Shown: positions 1-9,170 of the stretch, in pieces
Numbering within the stretch: the first letter of the stretch is position 1
Layout: every line of letters starts with the position of its first letter
Assembly: GCA_035637835.1 (NCBI GenBank)
Contig: DASPWN010000310.1
Coordinates: 1-48,799, forward strand
DNA length: 48,799 nt
Source of the DNA: Actinomycetota bacterium
GTDB lineage: Bacteria > Actinomycetota > UBA4738 > HRBIN12
Direction: 5' to 3'
Position numbers and translations under genes: made by a program
Notes under the pieces: model-generated
Databases searched by the model: none
What the model was told of the DNA's origin: nothing
Seen by the model: the letters and a program-made list of their open reading frames with translations, nothing else

Positions 1-1
1 G

Positions 2-295
2 ATGCTCGTTGCGCTGGAACGGTTCGACCTGCGGATCCCCGGATGCGGGTCGCTCAAGGAGAAACGCCACGTGGTGAAGACGCTCACCGGCGGCATCCGG
101 TCGAAGTTCAATGTCGCAGTGGCAGAGGTGGACCACCACGACCTATGGCAGCGGACGACCATCGCCGTCTCGGCCGTCTCCGGCGACAGCTATCACGCGA
201 AGCGCGTCATGCACGAGGTCGAGAAGTTCGTCGAGCGATGGGCCGAGGTCGAGGTCATCGACGCGGACCTCACCTTGCATTCACCCGATGACTGA
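2..295 (+). CDS. DUF503 (YlxP-like) family protein
   Basis: Complete 97-aa ORF from the ATG at 2 (LERFDLRIPGCGSLKEKR...). Its size and its position directly upstream of rbfA fit the DUF503 family. The family call is from memory. Confidence 0.75.
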   Translation: MLVALERFDLRIPGCGSLKEKRHVVKTLTGGIRSKFNVAVAEVDHHDLWQRTTIAVSAVSGDSYHAKRVMHEVEKFVERWAEVEVIDADLTLHSPDD

Positions 296-638
296 GGGGA
301 CCCGGCCCGGAAGGGTGTCGGAGGAGTTCCGCGAGATCCTGGCGGAGGAGATCCCGAAGCTCAAAGACCCCAGGATCGGTTTCGTCACCGTGACGCACGT
401 ACGGGTGACCCCCGATCTCCGGCTGGCGCGGGTCTTTTATACGGCCATGGGGAACGAGAAGGAGCGCAGGGCCACGGCCGCGGGCCTCCGCTCGGCCCGG
501 GCGCATCTGCGTCAGGTGGTCGGGGGCCAGGTCCGGATCAAGACCCTTCCGGACCTCCAGTTCGAGGAGGACCGGTCGATCGAAGCCGCTGATCGGATCG
601 ACCGACTGATCCGCGGTCTGCACGAGGAGGAGGGGTGA
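288..638 (+). CDS. rbfA: ribosome-binding factor A
   Basis: In-frame ATG at 288 gives MTEGTRPGRVSEEFREILAEEI...DPRIGFVTVTHVRVTPDLRLARVFY, a typical RbfA. It overlaps the DUF503 stop by 8 nt (ATGACTGA). The track ORF 111.. starts too far upstream. Confidence 0.9.
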   Translation: MTEGTRPGRVSEEFREILAEEIPKLKDPRIGFVTVTHVRVTPDLRLARVFYTAMGNEKERRATAAGLRSARAHLRQVVGGQVRIKTLPDLQFEEDRSIEAADRIDRLIRGLHEEEG

Positions 639-1615
639 ACGACCAGATGGCCCGTGCGGCCGAGATCCTGTCGGGCGCCAAGGAGGTCGCGCTGGCCTGC
701 CACGTGAACCCCGACACCGACGCGCTCGGCTCGATGCTCGGACTGTCGATCGTCCTGCGATCGCGGGGAGCCCACACCATGTCCTCCTTTGCCAACGAGC
801 CATTCGAGGTTCCGCGGTGGGCCGGCGTCCTGGCGGGCACCGAGGCGCTGATCCCGCCGGCCACCTTCCCCAAGGAACCCGAGGTCATGGTGACCTGCGA
901 TGCCGCGTCCCTGGACCGGCTGGGCTCCCTGGGCGCCAACGCGGCACGGGCCCACGAGCTGATCTGGATCGATCACCACGTGAGCAACGAGGGGCTTGGG
1001 ACGATCCCCTTGATCGACCCGTCGGCCTCCTCCACGTGCGAGATGGTCTTCCGGCTGGTCCGAGCCATGGGCGGGGACCTGCCGGACGAGGCCGCCATGT
1101 GCCTGTACGCCGGGCTGGTCACCGACACCGGGAGGTTTCAGTACGCCTCCGTCCGGCCGGAGACGCTGCGGCTTGCGGCGGAGCTCCGCGAGCATCCGTT
1201 CGACCACACGCGAGTGGCCCAAGCGCTCTACGAGGACAACGCGACGGCCTACCTGAAGCTTCTGGGGGTCGCGCTCCATCGCATGACGCTGGCCGAGGGG
1301 GCCGACCTGGCATGGACGTACCTGACGCAGGCGGATCTGGCGGGAGCCGGCGTGCACCCCAGTGAGACCGACGATCTCATCGACGTCGTGCGGACGGCGC
1401 GGGAGACCGACGTGGCCGCGGTGATGAAGCAACAGCGCGACGGCAGGTTCCGGGTCAGCCTTCGCTCCCGGGGGGGCAACGACGTGTCGAAGGTGGCGTC
1501 GATCTTCGGCGGGGGCGGCCATCGGCTGGCGTCGGGATACACCTCGAACCACGGCCTGGCGGGGACGGTGGAGCGGCTGGAGGCCGCGCTGCGCGGCGAG
1601 CCCGTGGAGCCGTGA
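635..1615 (+). CDS. nrnA: DHH/DHHA1 phosphoesterase (oligoribonuclease/pAp phosphatase NrnA type)
   Basis: DHH motif (WIDHHVSN) and DHHA1 GGGH motif ([11 protein letters not shown]). GTG start overlaps the rbfA stop (GTGA). Conserved position between rbfA and truB. ATG 647 is an alternative start. Confidence 0.85.
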   Translation: MNDQMARAAEILSGAKEVALACHVNPDTDALGSMLGLSIVLRSRGAHTMSSFANEPFEVPRWAGVLAGTEALIPPATFPKEPEVMVTCDAASLDRLGSLGANAARAHELIWIDHHVSNEGLGTIPLIDPSASSTCEMVFRLVRAMGGDLPDEAAMCLYAGLVTDTGRFQYASVRPETLRLAAELREHPFDHTRVAQALYEDNATAYLKLLGVALHRMTLAEGADLAWTYLTQADLAGAGVHPSETDDLIDVVRTARETDVAAVMKQQRDGRFRVSLRSRGGNDVSKVASIFGGGGHRLASGYTSNHGLAGTVERLEAALRGEPVEP

Positions 1616-2454
1616 GCCTCGTCGAGGGGCTCCTGCTGGTCGACAAACCGAGGGGGGTCACGTCACACGATGTGGTCGACGCGGCTCGCCGGGCGCTCGG
1701 CATCCGAAGGATCGGGCACGCCGGAACACTCGACCCCATGGCCACCGGGCTCCTGATCCTCGGCGTTGGCCGGGCCACCCGGCTGCTCCGGTTTCTGGCG
1801 GACCTCCCGAAGACCTATGAGGGCACCGGGGTGCTGGGGGTGGAAACCGACACGCTCGACGCCGAGGGCAAGATGGTGCGGTCCACCTGCGTGAATGTCA
1901 ACCGTACGGCGCTGGTACGAGCCATGGCGGCGCGGCTCGGCGCATCGATGCAGGCGCCTCCAGCGTATTCGGCAGTCAAGGTGGGCGGACGCAAGCTGTA
2001 CGAGGCGGCGAGGGCCGGCGAAGCGGTGGAAGCGGCGCCTCGTCCCGTTCGGGTCGACGCGTTCGACCTGCTGGCGTTCGACCCTCCGCGCTTCGACTTC
2101 CGCGTCACCACCTCGGGTGGGACGTACGTTCGGGTCCTCGTGGCCGACGTGGGGACCGATCTCGGCAGCGGCGCTCACCTGACCCGACTGGTCAGGACCG
2201 CCGTGGGCCCGTTCCACGTGCGGGATGCCGTCGCCATGGGGGAAGCCGGCGACCCGCTCCCCATCGAGGCCGCGGTGGCGCACCTTCCTCGGATCGACCT
2301 CGAGCCCGACGAGGCCACCGCGGCGACCCACGGGCGGCTCCTCGGTCCGGCGGGGATCGAGGGACCGTATGCCGTGTTCGGTCCGGAGCGTGTGCTCATC
2401 GGCGTGTATCGCGACGACGGAGCCAAGGCGCGCCCGCAGGTCATCCTGGCGTAG
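1612..2454 (+). CDS. truB: tRNA pseudouridine(55) synthase
   Basis: [17 protein letters not shown]...[13 protein letters not shown] is the TruB catalytic Asp motif. GTGA overlap with nrnA. Confidence 0.93.
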   Translation: MSLVEGLLLVDKPRGVTSHDVVDAARRALGIRRIGHAGTLDPMATGLLILGVGRATRLLRFLADLPKTYEGTGVLGVETDTLDAEGKMVRSTCVNVNRTALVRAMAARLGASMQAPPAYSAVKVGGRKLYEAARAGEAVEAAPRPVRVDAFDLLAFDPPRFDFRVTTSGGTYVRVLVADVGTDLGSGAHLTRLVRTAVGPFHVRDAVAMGEAGDPLPIEAAVAHLPRIDLEPDEATAATHGRLLGPAGIEGPYAVFGPERVLIGVYRDDGAKARPQVILA

Positions 2455-2465
2455 GCTTCGGTCTC

Positions 2466-3593
2466 ATGGACGAACGTGACGCTCGAGCGGCGCGCAAGAA
2501 GCTCATCTGGCGGGTCGTGCAGATCCTCATCTCCGTCGTGCTCGTCGTGGCCATCTTCGCCTACGCGATCCCCAAGATCGCCGACTACCGGTCGGTGTGG
2601 CAGGCCTTTACCAACATGACCTTGCTGGAGCTCACGTCGTTGGTCGTGGCGACGGTGTTCAACCTGTTCACGTACTGGTGGCAGAACATGGCGTCGATCC
2701 CTGGGCTCAGGCTGCCGCAGGCAGCCGTGAACAACCAGACGACGACCTCGATCGCCGACACGATCCCGGGGGGCGGCTACATCGCGGTTGGGGTGGGGTA
2801 CACGATGTACCGGTCGTGGGGGTTCCCGACATCGGTCATCGCACTCTCGGCGCTGGTCACCGGGATCTGGAACGTGTTCATGAAGCTCGGGCTGCCGGTG
2901 ATCGCGCTCGCCATCCTCGCCGTCCAGGGCCAGGCGAGCGGGGCGCTCGTCCTGGCCTCGCTGGTCGGGGTGGCCGTTTTGGCCGCCGGGGTCGTGCTGT
3001 TCGCGCTGGTGCTGTGGAAGAAGGAGCTCGCCCGCCGCATCGGCGACGCGCTGGGACGGGCCGTCTCGTTCCTCCTGCGGCTTATCCGCAGGCCGGCCGT
3101 AGAGCACTGGGGAGAAGCCGCGGTTCGGTTCCGCCGGCAGACCATCGACCTGGTGTCCAAGCGCGGGATCGCGCTCACGGTCACCACCATCGTGAGCCAC
3201 CTGGCGCTGTTCCTGGTCCTGCTGCTGGCGGTCCGCCACGTCGGCGTCTCCGAGAGCGAGATCAGCACGGCCCAGGTCCTCGGCGTGTTCGCCTTCGGGC
3301 GACTGGTGACGGCGCTCCCCCTCACGCCCGGTGGCCTCGGCCTGGTCGAGCTGAGCTACATCGGCGGCCTGATCCTGGCGGGCAGGGCGCACACCAACGT
3401 GCCGACGGAGGTCTTTCACGCGCAGGTGGCGGCGGCCGTCCTGGTGTTCCGCACGCTCACCTACGGGATCCAGATCCCGATAGGAGCCTTCACCTACCTG
3501 ATCTGGCGGTTCAACAAGAGCTGGCGCAAACCCGTGGAGGCGGAGCTCGAGCCGCAGGCGGCCGCTTCGTCGTCGGGCGGCGGGTCCGCCTAG
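2466..3593 (+). CDS. flippase-like / lysylphosphatidylglycerol-synthase TM-domain (UPF0104) membrane protein
   Basis: 375-aa polytopic membrane protein with the LTPGGLGLVE motif typical of the MprF-flippase-like PF03706 family. ATG at 2466. Confidence 0.8.
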   Translation: MDERDARAARKKLIWRVVQILISVVLVVAIFAYAIPKIADYRSVWQAFTNMTLLELTSLVVATVFNLFTYWWQNMASIPGLRLPQAAVNNQTTTSIADTIPGGGYIAVGVGYTMYRSWGFPTSVIALSALVTGIWNVFMKLGLPVIALAILAVQGQASGALVLASLVGVAVLAAGVVLFALVLWKKELARRIGDALGRAVSFLLRLIRRPAVEHWGEAAVRFRRQTIDLVSKRGIALTVTTIVSHLALFLVLLLAVRHVGVSESEISTAQVLGVFAFGRLVTALPLTPGGLGLVELSYIGGLILAGRAHTNVPTEVFHAQVAAAVLVFRTLTYGIQIPIGAFTYLIWRFNKSWRKPVEAELEPQAAASSSGGGSA

Positions 3594-4303
3594 GGCGTCG
3601 TGCCCGCCCAACCCTCGGGCGGCGCGCCGGCGCGGACCGGGGAGCCGCGCATCCGCATGGCCACATCGCGGACCTCGGTGGCCATGGCCGCCGAGCCGAG
3701 GGCCACACCGGCCCCCAGCACCACGCCGGCTACCACGTCAGACAGCCAGTGCGCGTTCAAGTACACGCGCGAGAAGGCCATTACGAACGCGAACAGCACG
3801 GCGATGGCCTCCCACTTGCGCCGTCGCGGTCCGGAGGGCATGAGCACGAGCACCAGCGCGACCGCGGTTGCCGCGGCGGCCACCGCATGGCCGGACGGGA
3901 ACGAGTAGCCCGTGATGGCCACGAGCTCGTTCGGTGGGCGGCCGCGGTGGAAGAAGGCCTTGGCCCCGGTCAGGAGTACCTCGGCCGAGACCCAGGTGAG
4001 GACCCACGCCCCCAGGGCCCGCCACTTCCGGCGGAATGCCAGCCACAACGAGACCACCGCTCGGATGGGGATCGTCACGTACCCGCCGCCGATCACGTTC
4101 AGGGCTCGGGCCACCGCCGACAGGACCACGTTTCGGATGTGGTCCATAGCCCGGTAGGTGGACTGGTCGAGGTGCCCGATGGGGGCGAACGTCGTCGCCG
4201 GCGCGGCCCCGGGAGGATGGCGTCCGACGCCGATGAACAGAAGGACCAGGAAGAGGAGCAAGCACAACGAATACAGGAAGGTCCGTCGGTGGTTGCTCAG
4301 CAC
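3590..4303 (-). CDS. PAP2 family phosphatase (canonical active site)
   Basis: All three PAP2 motifs are intact: RGRP ... SFPSGH ... SRVYLNAHWLSD. Multi-TM protein. Its stop shares the tetranucleotide CTAG (3590-3593) with the convergent gene. Confidence 0.85.
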   Translation of the reverse strand: MLSNHRRTFLYSLCLLLFLVLLFIGVGRHPPGAAPATTFAPIGHLDQSTYRAMDHIRNVVLSAVARALNVIGGGYVTIPIRAVVSLWLAFRRKWRALGAWVLTWVSAEVLLTGAKAFFHRGRPPNELVAITGYSFPSGHAVAAAATAVALVLVLMPSGPRRRKWEAIAVLFAFVMAFSRVYLNAHWLSDVVAGVVLGAGVALGSAAMATEVRDVAMRMRGSPVRAGAPPEGWAGTTP

Positions 4304-4313
4304 GTGGCCTCGC

Positions 4314-4901
4314 CTATCCCGGGCAGGCCGGGGCCTCCGCTCCGCACAGGATGAGCCCGGACTCCTCCTTCGCCCGCTTCACCAGCACGGAGCGGGCGAC
4401 GAAGGACAGGGCCTGCTGAGCCTCGAGCGCGAGCGTCGCCGCAGCGCCCGTGGCGAACCGGAACCGGTTGGTGACACACCCGCCGGGGAACCGAAGGTAC
4501 CGGTTGACCTGGAAGGTCGGCGGCAGGCTGATGGGCTCCTCGTAGACGCGAACGCCGGGGATGGCCCCTGGCCCCGCCGTCACCTCGACCGCGTTCGACA
4601 CATCGCAGGAACCGGTCAACGTGATCTCGAGTGCGTGGAAGCCGGCCCGGTCCGAGTTCAGGAAGAACTGCGCCGAGCCGCTTCCGATACGCGAGCCGTC
4701 GTAGGACCAGCCTGAGGGGAACTCCGCGATGCAGGGAACGAGCGTGGCAGACGGCACGGCCTGGGCCGTCAGGATCAGCGCATTCGCGTTCGTGGCACCG
4801 CACGTGGGCTCTTGCGGGTACAGGCCCCCGCACGCCGGCACGAGCACGGCAGCCGCGCCCAAGGAGACGATGGCGGCTCCGAGCCGCCCCCGCCGCCTCA
4901 C
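4314..4901 (-). CDS. Cys-rich putative lipoprotein, unknown function
   Basis: GTG at 4901 overlaps the upstream stop (GTGA). The N-terminus RRRGRLGAAIVSLGAAAVLVPAC looks like a signal peptide with a lipobox. Seven further Cys residues. The track ORF extends spuriously to 5345. Confidence 0.55.
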   Translation of the reverse strand: MRRRGRLGAAIVSLGAAAVLVPACGGLYPQEPTCGATNANALILTAQAVPSATLVPCIAEFPSGWSYDGSRIGSGSAQFFLNSDRAGFHALEITLTGSCDVSNAVEVTAGPGAIPGVRVYEEPISLPPTFQVNRYLRFPGGCVTNRFRFATGAAATLALEAQQALSFVARSVLVKRAKEESGLILCGAEAPACPG

Positions 4902-6445
4902 GCGAACACCGCCCAGTTGTTGGCGACCACGAGGAGGGCCACCAGCGCGAGGAGGAGCACTCCGGCCGTCCTCACGATGCGTCGCACGCTCCACCGTTGG
5001 ATGGAGACCGCTTTGCGCTCCGGGGCCAGTGCTCGGAACTCGCCCACGAGGTCCCGGCCATCCTGTTTGAGCATGCTCCGAAGCTGCGTGGGGCTGGCCA
5101 CACCACGAGCGGCGGCGAAGGCCTCGGCGATGTCGTCCTCCGTGAAGCTCTCGAGCGCGTGCTCGTAGACCCGTTTGGCGTCGCTCTTCACCGCGAGCAC
5201 CAGCATCATGTTCGCCAGGTCGACGGCCTGTCGCCATGGGGACGGCCGGACCTGAACGAAGAAGACGTCGATCACCAGGACCTTGCCATCGCGGACCATG
5301 AGATTCGCCGGCTTGATGTCCCGGTGGGCGAGCCCCTCGTCCCACATCTTGCGGACGATCTGGAGCCCCTCGTCGATGCCCGCGTCGTCGATCTCGGCAT
5401 CACCGATCTCGACCGCCCCGTCGAAGAACTCCATCACGATCATGTACTCGCGCTCCGGCGTGATCTCCACAATGCCATAGGGCCTGGGAGTGGGGAGCCC
5501 CTCTTCGTACAGGAGGCGAAGCGTGTAGTCCTCGTACTCCACGAACCGTCGAACGGACTGGAAGGGGGTCTCGTCCTCCAGCGCCCCGTACAGGATGGAG
5601 CGGCCGAGCTTGTACCAGCGGTCCGCCCGGACATGGGTCTTCGCGTAGAGCTTGGCGAACAAGTACTGCTCGGGTTCGTCCTCCGTGGCCGCGACCCGCA
5701 GGCGAAGCGGCGTGGATCCGCCCGACCCTTCCAGGCCGATCGGCTTGATCTGGAGGATCTCGTAGCCCAGCTGGTCCTGGACGGCCCGGCGGATGGCCTC
5801 CCCACGCCGCCCGCCGACGTCCAGGTGCGCGGCCTTCCCTCTACGGTAGGTCACCGGGAACACATCGTTCGGCGTGTACCACCGGAAGGCCACGAGAGGG
5901 ATGGCGATGCCCATGATGGCGCCGAACGCGGCGTCGGTGGGGTGGTCCACCGCGAGGTACAGGCGGGCGAACACGAGCGAGAGGATGAGGCCGCCGACGA
6001 TCCATTTTGCAATCTCGCGGGAACGACCCTGGACGACGAGCGCGTACATGATGCCGACGAGCGAGGCGGCCAGTCCCACCAACGGTCGGGAGGGCATCGA
6101 GTATCCCTCCCACGGCGCGATGATGGTGATGCCGAGCGGCCGGCTCCGCCCGAGGAGGGTCGAGATCTGGTACGCGACGATCTCTGCCGCCAGGATGCTC
6201 GCCAGGAACACGAACAGGTGCCGCCAACGCCGGAACCCGACGAGCGCGGCGATGGTGCCCCATCGCAGCGCGCGGATCGTCCACCTCGACGCCAGCAGGT
6301 TGACGAACAGCAGGACGTCGGTGAACGAGTCGCTCCGCAGGTTCGCGATCCAACGCAGCCGCAGGGTGTCGAACCGATCGAAGATCCCACCGAGCGGCTG
6401 GAAGAACGCCACGCCGATTAGGACGCTGAGGAAGTACATCACCAT
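4898..6445 (-). CDS. membrane protein: degenerate PAP2-like domain fused to protein-kinase-like domain, with C-terminal TM anchor
   Basis: This is the C-terminal 515 codons of the 1056-aa track ORF. PAP2-like RSRP...MPSRP...ARLYLAVDHPTD, then a kinase core (GLEGSGGSTPL, FAKLY, LAHRDIKPANLMV, VIDVFF), then a final hydrophobic helix. Start taken at ATG 6445. In-frame TTG codons at 6571/6592 are possible alternatives. Confidence 0.7.
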   Translation of the reverse strand: MVMYFLSVLIGVAFFQPLGGIFDRFDTLRLRWIANLRSDSFTDVLLFVNLLASRWTIRALRWGTIAALVGFRRWRHLFVFLASILAAEIVAYQISTLLGRSRPLGITIIAPWEGYSMPSRPLVGLAASLVGIMYALVVQGRSREIAKWIVGGLILSLVFARLYLAVDHPTDAAFGAIMGIAIPLVAFRWYTPNDVFPVTYRRGKAAHLDVGGRRGEAIRRAVQDQLGYEILQIKPIGLEGSGGSTPLRLRVAATEDEPEQYLFAKLYAKTHVRADRWYKLGRSILYGALEDETPFQSVRRFVEYEDYTLRLLYEEGLPTPRPYGIVEITPEREYMIVMEFFDGAVEIGDAEIDDAGIDEGLQIVRKMWDEGLAHRDIKPANLMVRDGKVLVIDVFFVQVRPSPWRQAVDLANMMLVLAVKSDAKRVYEHALESFTEDDIAEAFAAARGVASPTQLRSMLKQDGRDLVGEFRALAPERKAVSIQRWSVRRIVRTAGVLLLALVALLVVANNWAVFA

Positions 6446-6621
6446 GACGATCCAGAACTTGCCGCTCCGACCGAGCTCATGGGGGAGCGGGGGCGCTTCC
6501 CCGGAGGGTCGCCGGTGCCGCCTGCCGGTCTGGCCGGGCCCAGGGCTCCGCTGCTCCCTGGCCCCTCCCAAGGTCTCGTCGGTGACGTCCAAATGATCGC
6601 CCGATCGTCGAAAGCCCGACT

Positions 6622-7539
6622 CTACTCCAGGGCGTCTGGGATCCCGTGCTCGGCGAGCCATCCGTAGGCCACCGCAGCTGATGCCTCGCCCGCGGCGACG
6701 TCGCGGTTCATGCGTTGCAGGTCCTCGGTGGTCAGGGCGGCGGAGACGGCGTCGGTGACCTCCGCCAGCCTGGGCCCGAACCTGGCCAGGGCGTCGGTCC
6801 TGATGATTGGCGTGACGTTCTCCGCCGGCTGGAGATGCCGGTCGTCCTTCAGCAGGACGAAGCCGTGGGCGTCGATCTGTCCGTCGCTCGTGAAGAGCAG
6901 GGCCGCCTGCACCTGCCCGGCCTGGAGGGCCGCCACGGTGAGCGGGCCTCCCTCGTCGAGCGGCACGAACGACTCGAACCGCAGGCCGTACAGGGACTCG
7001 AGTCCCTCCAGGCACAGGGCCCGCTCGCGGCACTCGGGCGGCCCGCCGAAGGCCATCTGTGGCGCGACCGGTCCGAGGTCGCTGATGGTGTGCAAGCCGA
7101 ACCTGGTCGCGGTCTCCTTCGTGACCACGATCCCGTTCCGGTCTTGCGCCGGCGACGCAGCGAGAACGGTGAGGCCGCGCGACGCCATCGCGCCCGCCAG
7201 CGCGCGATGCGTCGCGCGCTCGTCCGCCGATGCCGATCCATCCCCCGCCACGAACTCGAGCGCACTTCCCGCGTACTCGGGGACGAGCTCGACCAATCCC
7301 TTCTGGAGCGCCGGCTGGACGAGTTCCCGCGCGCCCAGGTCGAGCGCGAGCTCGACCCGGAAGCCGGCTGACCGAAGGGCCTGCCCGTAGAGCTCCGCGA
7401 GCAGCACGCTCTCGGAGAAGTTGAACGACGCGACGGTGATCGCGCCGTCGTCGAGGGCGGTCGTCCGGGGAGTTGGGGGTGACCCGCACGCCTGGAGCAG
7501 CAGGAACGGGAGGAGCATCGCGGTCCGCCACCGAAGCAC
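6622..7539 (-). CDS. glycine-betaine/osmoprotectant-type ABC substrate-binding lipoprotein (OpuAC family), orphan
   Basis: Lipobox LLLQACGS. SFNFSESVLLAELYGQAL...LVPEYAGS resembles PF04069 binding proteins. GTG 7539 is preceded by AGGAGG with a 6-nt spacer. No permease or ATPase gene is adjacent. Confidence 0.8.
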   Translation of the reverse strand: MLRWRTAMLLPFLLLQACGSPPTPRTTALDDGAITVASFNFSESVLLAELYGQALRSAGFRVELALDLGARELVQPALQKGLVELVPEYAGSALEFVAGDGSASADERATHRALAGAMASRGLTVLAASPAQDRNGIVVTKETATRFGLHTISDLGPVAPQMAFGGPPECRERALCLEGLESLYGLRFESFVPLDEGGPLTVAALQAGQVQAALLFTSDGQIDAHGFVLLKDDRHLQPAENVTPIIRTDALARFGPRLAEVTDAVSAALTTEDLQRMNRDVAAGEASAAVAYGWLAEHGIPDALE

Positions 7540-7630
7540 GACCGTCCTCCTTCCGGGCGTGGGACCGGCCAAGGCTATTCGAAAGCCGCGGGTTCCGGAG
7601 CCGGGAGGATTGTTCGATAGGCTGCCGCGC

Positions 7631-8575
7631 GTGGAGCTGCGGCATGGACTGGAGTCGCTTCCGCTCGGCTCCGGCGCGACGGTCGTGACGGTCGGGTTCT
7701 TCGACGGCGTGCACCGAGGTCATCACGCCGTCTTCCGCCGAATTGTCGAGGTCGCCCGGGAGCGCGGACTCGGATCCGTTGTCGTCACCTTCGACCGGCA
7801 TCCCCGGGAGACCCTGACCCCGGGCAGGGAGCCGAAGCTCCTGACGACCTCGGAGCGCAAGGCTCGGCTCATCGAGGCAGCCGGTGTGGACGTCCTCCTC
7901 GTCCTCTCGTTCGACCGACCCTTCTCCCTCGTCCCGGCAGAGGAGTTCGTCCGCCGCGTGCTGGCGGAGGGCCTCCACGCCGAGCACGTGGTCGTGGGGG
8001 CGAACTTCACGTTCGGACACGAGGCCCGGGGGACGGTGGAGACCCTCCGCACCCTCGGCCCGGCCCATGGGTTCACCGCCGAGGAGGTCCCCATCGTCGA
8101 GCTCGATGGCCGTCCCGTCTCCTCGTCATCGATCCGCGAGGCGCTCGCGGAAGGCGACCTGAAGTGGCCGACGAAGGCGCTCGGCCGACGGCACGCCGTC
8201 GAAGGGACCGTCGTCACCGGGGCAGGTCGAGGGGTGGACCTCGGTTTCCCCACGGCGAACCTTGAGACCGATCCCCGGGTGCTGTTGCCCAGGACCGGCA
8301 TCTACGCGGGACGCGCGTCGATACAGAAGCGCCCCTACGTCGCGGCCATCAGCGTGGGGACCAATCCGACGTTCGGCCGGGAACCGGTCCACGTCGAGGC
8401 CTACCTACTGGACTTCGCAGGCGAGCTCCGCGGCCAGACACTCACCGTCGAGTTCTGGGCCAGGCTCCGCGACGAGGAGCGATTCGACTCGCCCGAGGCT
8501 CTCACCCGGGCCATGGCCGAGGATGTCCGCCGCACCAGCGAGCTCGTGCCGGCGCCGGAGGCACGGCCGGCATGA
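7631..8575 (+). CDS. ribF: bifunctional riboflavin kinase / FMN adenylyltransferase
   Basis: VVTVGFFDGVHRGHHAVF ... GFPTANL ... TNPTF are RibF hallmarks. Start is uncertain (GTG 7631 or TTG 7610). The track start at 7421 lies in the divergent spacer. Confidence 0.9.
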   Translation: MELRHGLESLPLGSGATVVTVGFFDGVHRGHHAVFRRIVEVARERGLGSVVVTFDRHPRETLTPGREPKLLTTSERKARLIEAAGVDVLLVLSFDRPFSLVPAEEFVRRVLAEGLHAEHVVVGANFTFGHEARGTVETLRTLGPAHGFTAEEVPIVELDGRPVSSSSIREALAEGDLKWPTKALGRRHAVEGTVVTGAGRGVDLGFPTANLETDPRVLLPRTGIYAGRASIQKRPYVAAISVGTNPTFGREPVHVEAYLLDFAGELRGQTLTVEFWARLRDEERFDSPEALTRAMAEDVRRTSELVPAPEARPA

Positions 8576-8690
8576 GGGGCCGGGGCACGACGGGTCCTCT
8601 TCCGGCGCCCCGCGAACGAGGCGAAGCAGTTCGTGTTCCGACGGCCATCCGGTGCCCCGCTGACGGCGTCTGGTAGCCTTTTCCCTGGTC

Positions 8691-8960
8691 ATGGCATTGA
8701 CGACGGAGTCCCGCTCAAAGATCATCGCCGAGTATCGGCGTGCCGAGAACGACACCGGCTCTGCCGAGGTCCAGATCGCGGTGTTGTCCACACGCATCAA
8801 CGAGCTGACCGAGCACTTGAAGACCCACAAGGAGGACCATCACTCCCGGCGGGGCCTGCTCCAGATGGTCGGGCGCCGCCGCCGGCTGCTCGAATATCTC
8901 CGCCGCAAGGACATCGAGCGGTACCGGACGCTGATCGCCCGCCTGGGACTGAGGCGGTAA
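8691..8960 (+). CDS. rpsO: 30S ribosomal protein S15
   Basis: 89 aa. [57 protein letters not shown] is unmistakable S15. Confidence 0.97.
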   Translation: MALTTESRSKIIAEYRRAENDTGSAEVQIAVLSTRINELTEHLKTHKEDHHSRRGLLQMVGRRRRLLEYLRRKDIERYRTLIARLGLRR

Positions 8961-9170
8961 CCGACGAGGCGGCGGCCTGAGGCCGCCCGTTCGGAAGGGG
9001 TGATGCGCACGAGCAGCTGAGATCGGCGAAGGAGGGGGTCGGTTATCAGTAGCGAGTCCCCGGACCCCGGAGGCTCACCACTGACAACTGGCCGAACCTC
9101 CCCGCCTCCCGATACCACCCGTCGGCCCTCGCGGAGAAACCGCGCAGGAGGCACCCAAGGAGGAAGGCCA
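8961..9170 (+). promoter_or_regulatory. rpsO-pnp intergenic leader (candidate Actino-pnp-type 5' UTR element)
   Basis: A 210-nt non-coding spacer directly upstream of pnp. Rfam describes a conserved actinobacterial pnp leader in this position. I could not verify the fold by eye. Confidence 0.35.
8971..8987 (+). terminator. GC hairpin after rpsO (GGCGGCC-tga-GGCCGCC), no U-tract
   Basis: 7-bp perfect stem with a 3-nt loop, 11 nt after the rpsO stop. It lacks a T-run, so its terminator activity is uncertain. Confidence 0.3.

Noticed and set aside
2175-4354. Long ORFs 2175..3611 (-) and 2597..4354 (+) overlapping the flippase-like and PAP2 genes.
   Set aside because: Both are off-frame or antisense shadows with Arg/Pro/Gly-rich translations. 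The chosen frames give coherent multi-TM proteins with family motifs.
6446-8068. The N-terminal two-thirds of the 1056-aa minus-strand ORF 4898..8068.
   Set aside because: The translation is Arg/Gly/Pro-rich low-complexity sequence. It overlaps the well-supported substrate-binding-protein gene in another frame and runs antisense to ribF. Only the part from ATG 6445 downstream looks like a real protein.
9079-9087. A perfect TTGTCAGTG (RecA-NDp 9-mer) on the minus strand in the rpsO-pnp spacer.
   Set aside because: The hexamer 8 nt downstream on that strand is CCGGGG, not TAnnnT. The motif also points away from any gene start, toward the 3' end of rpsO.
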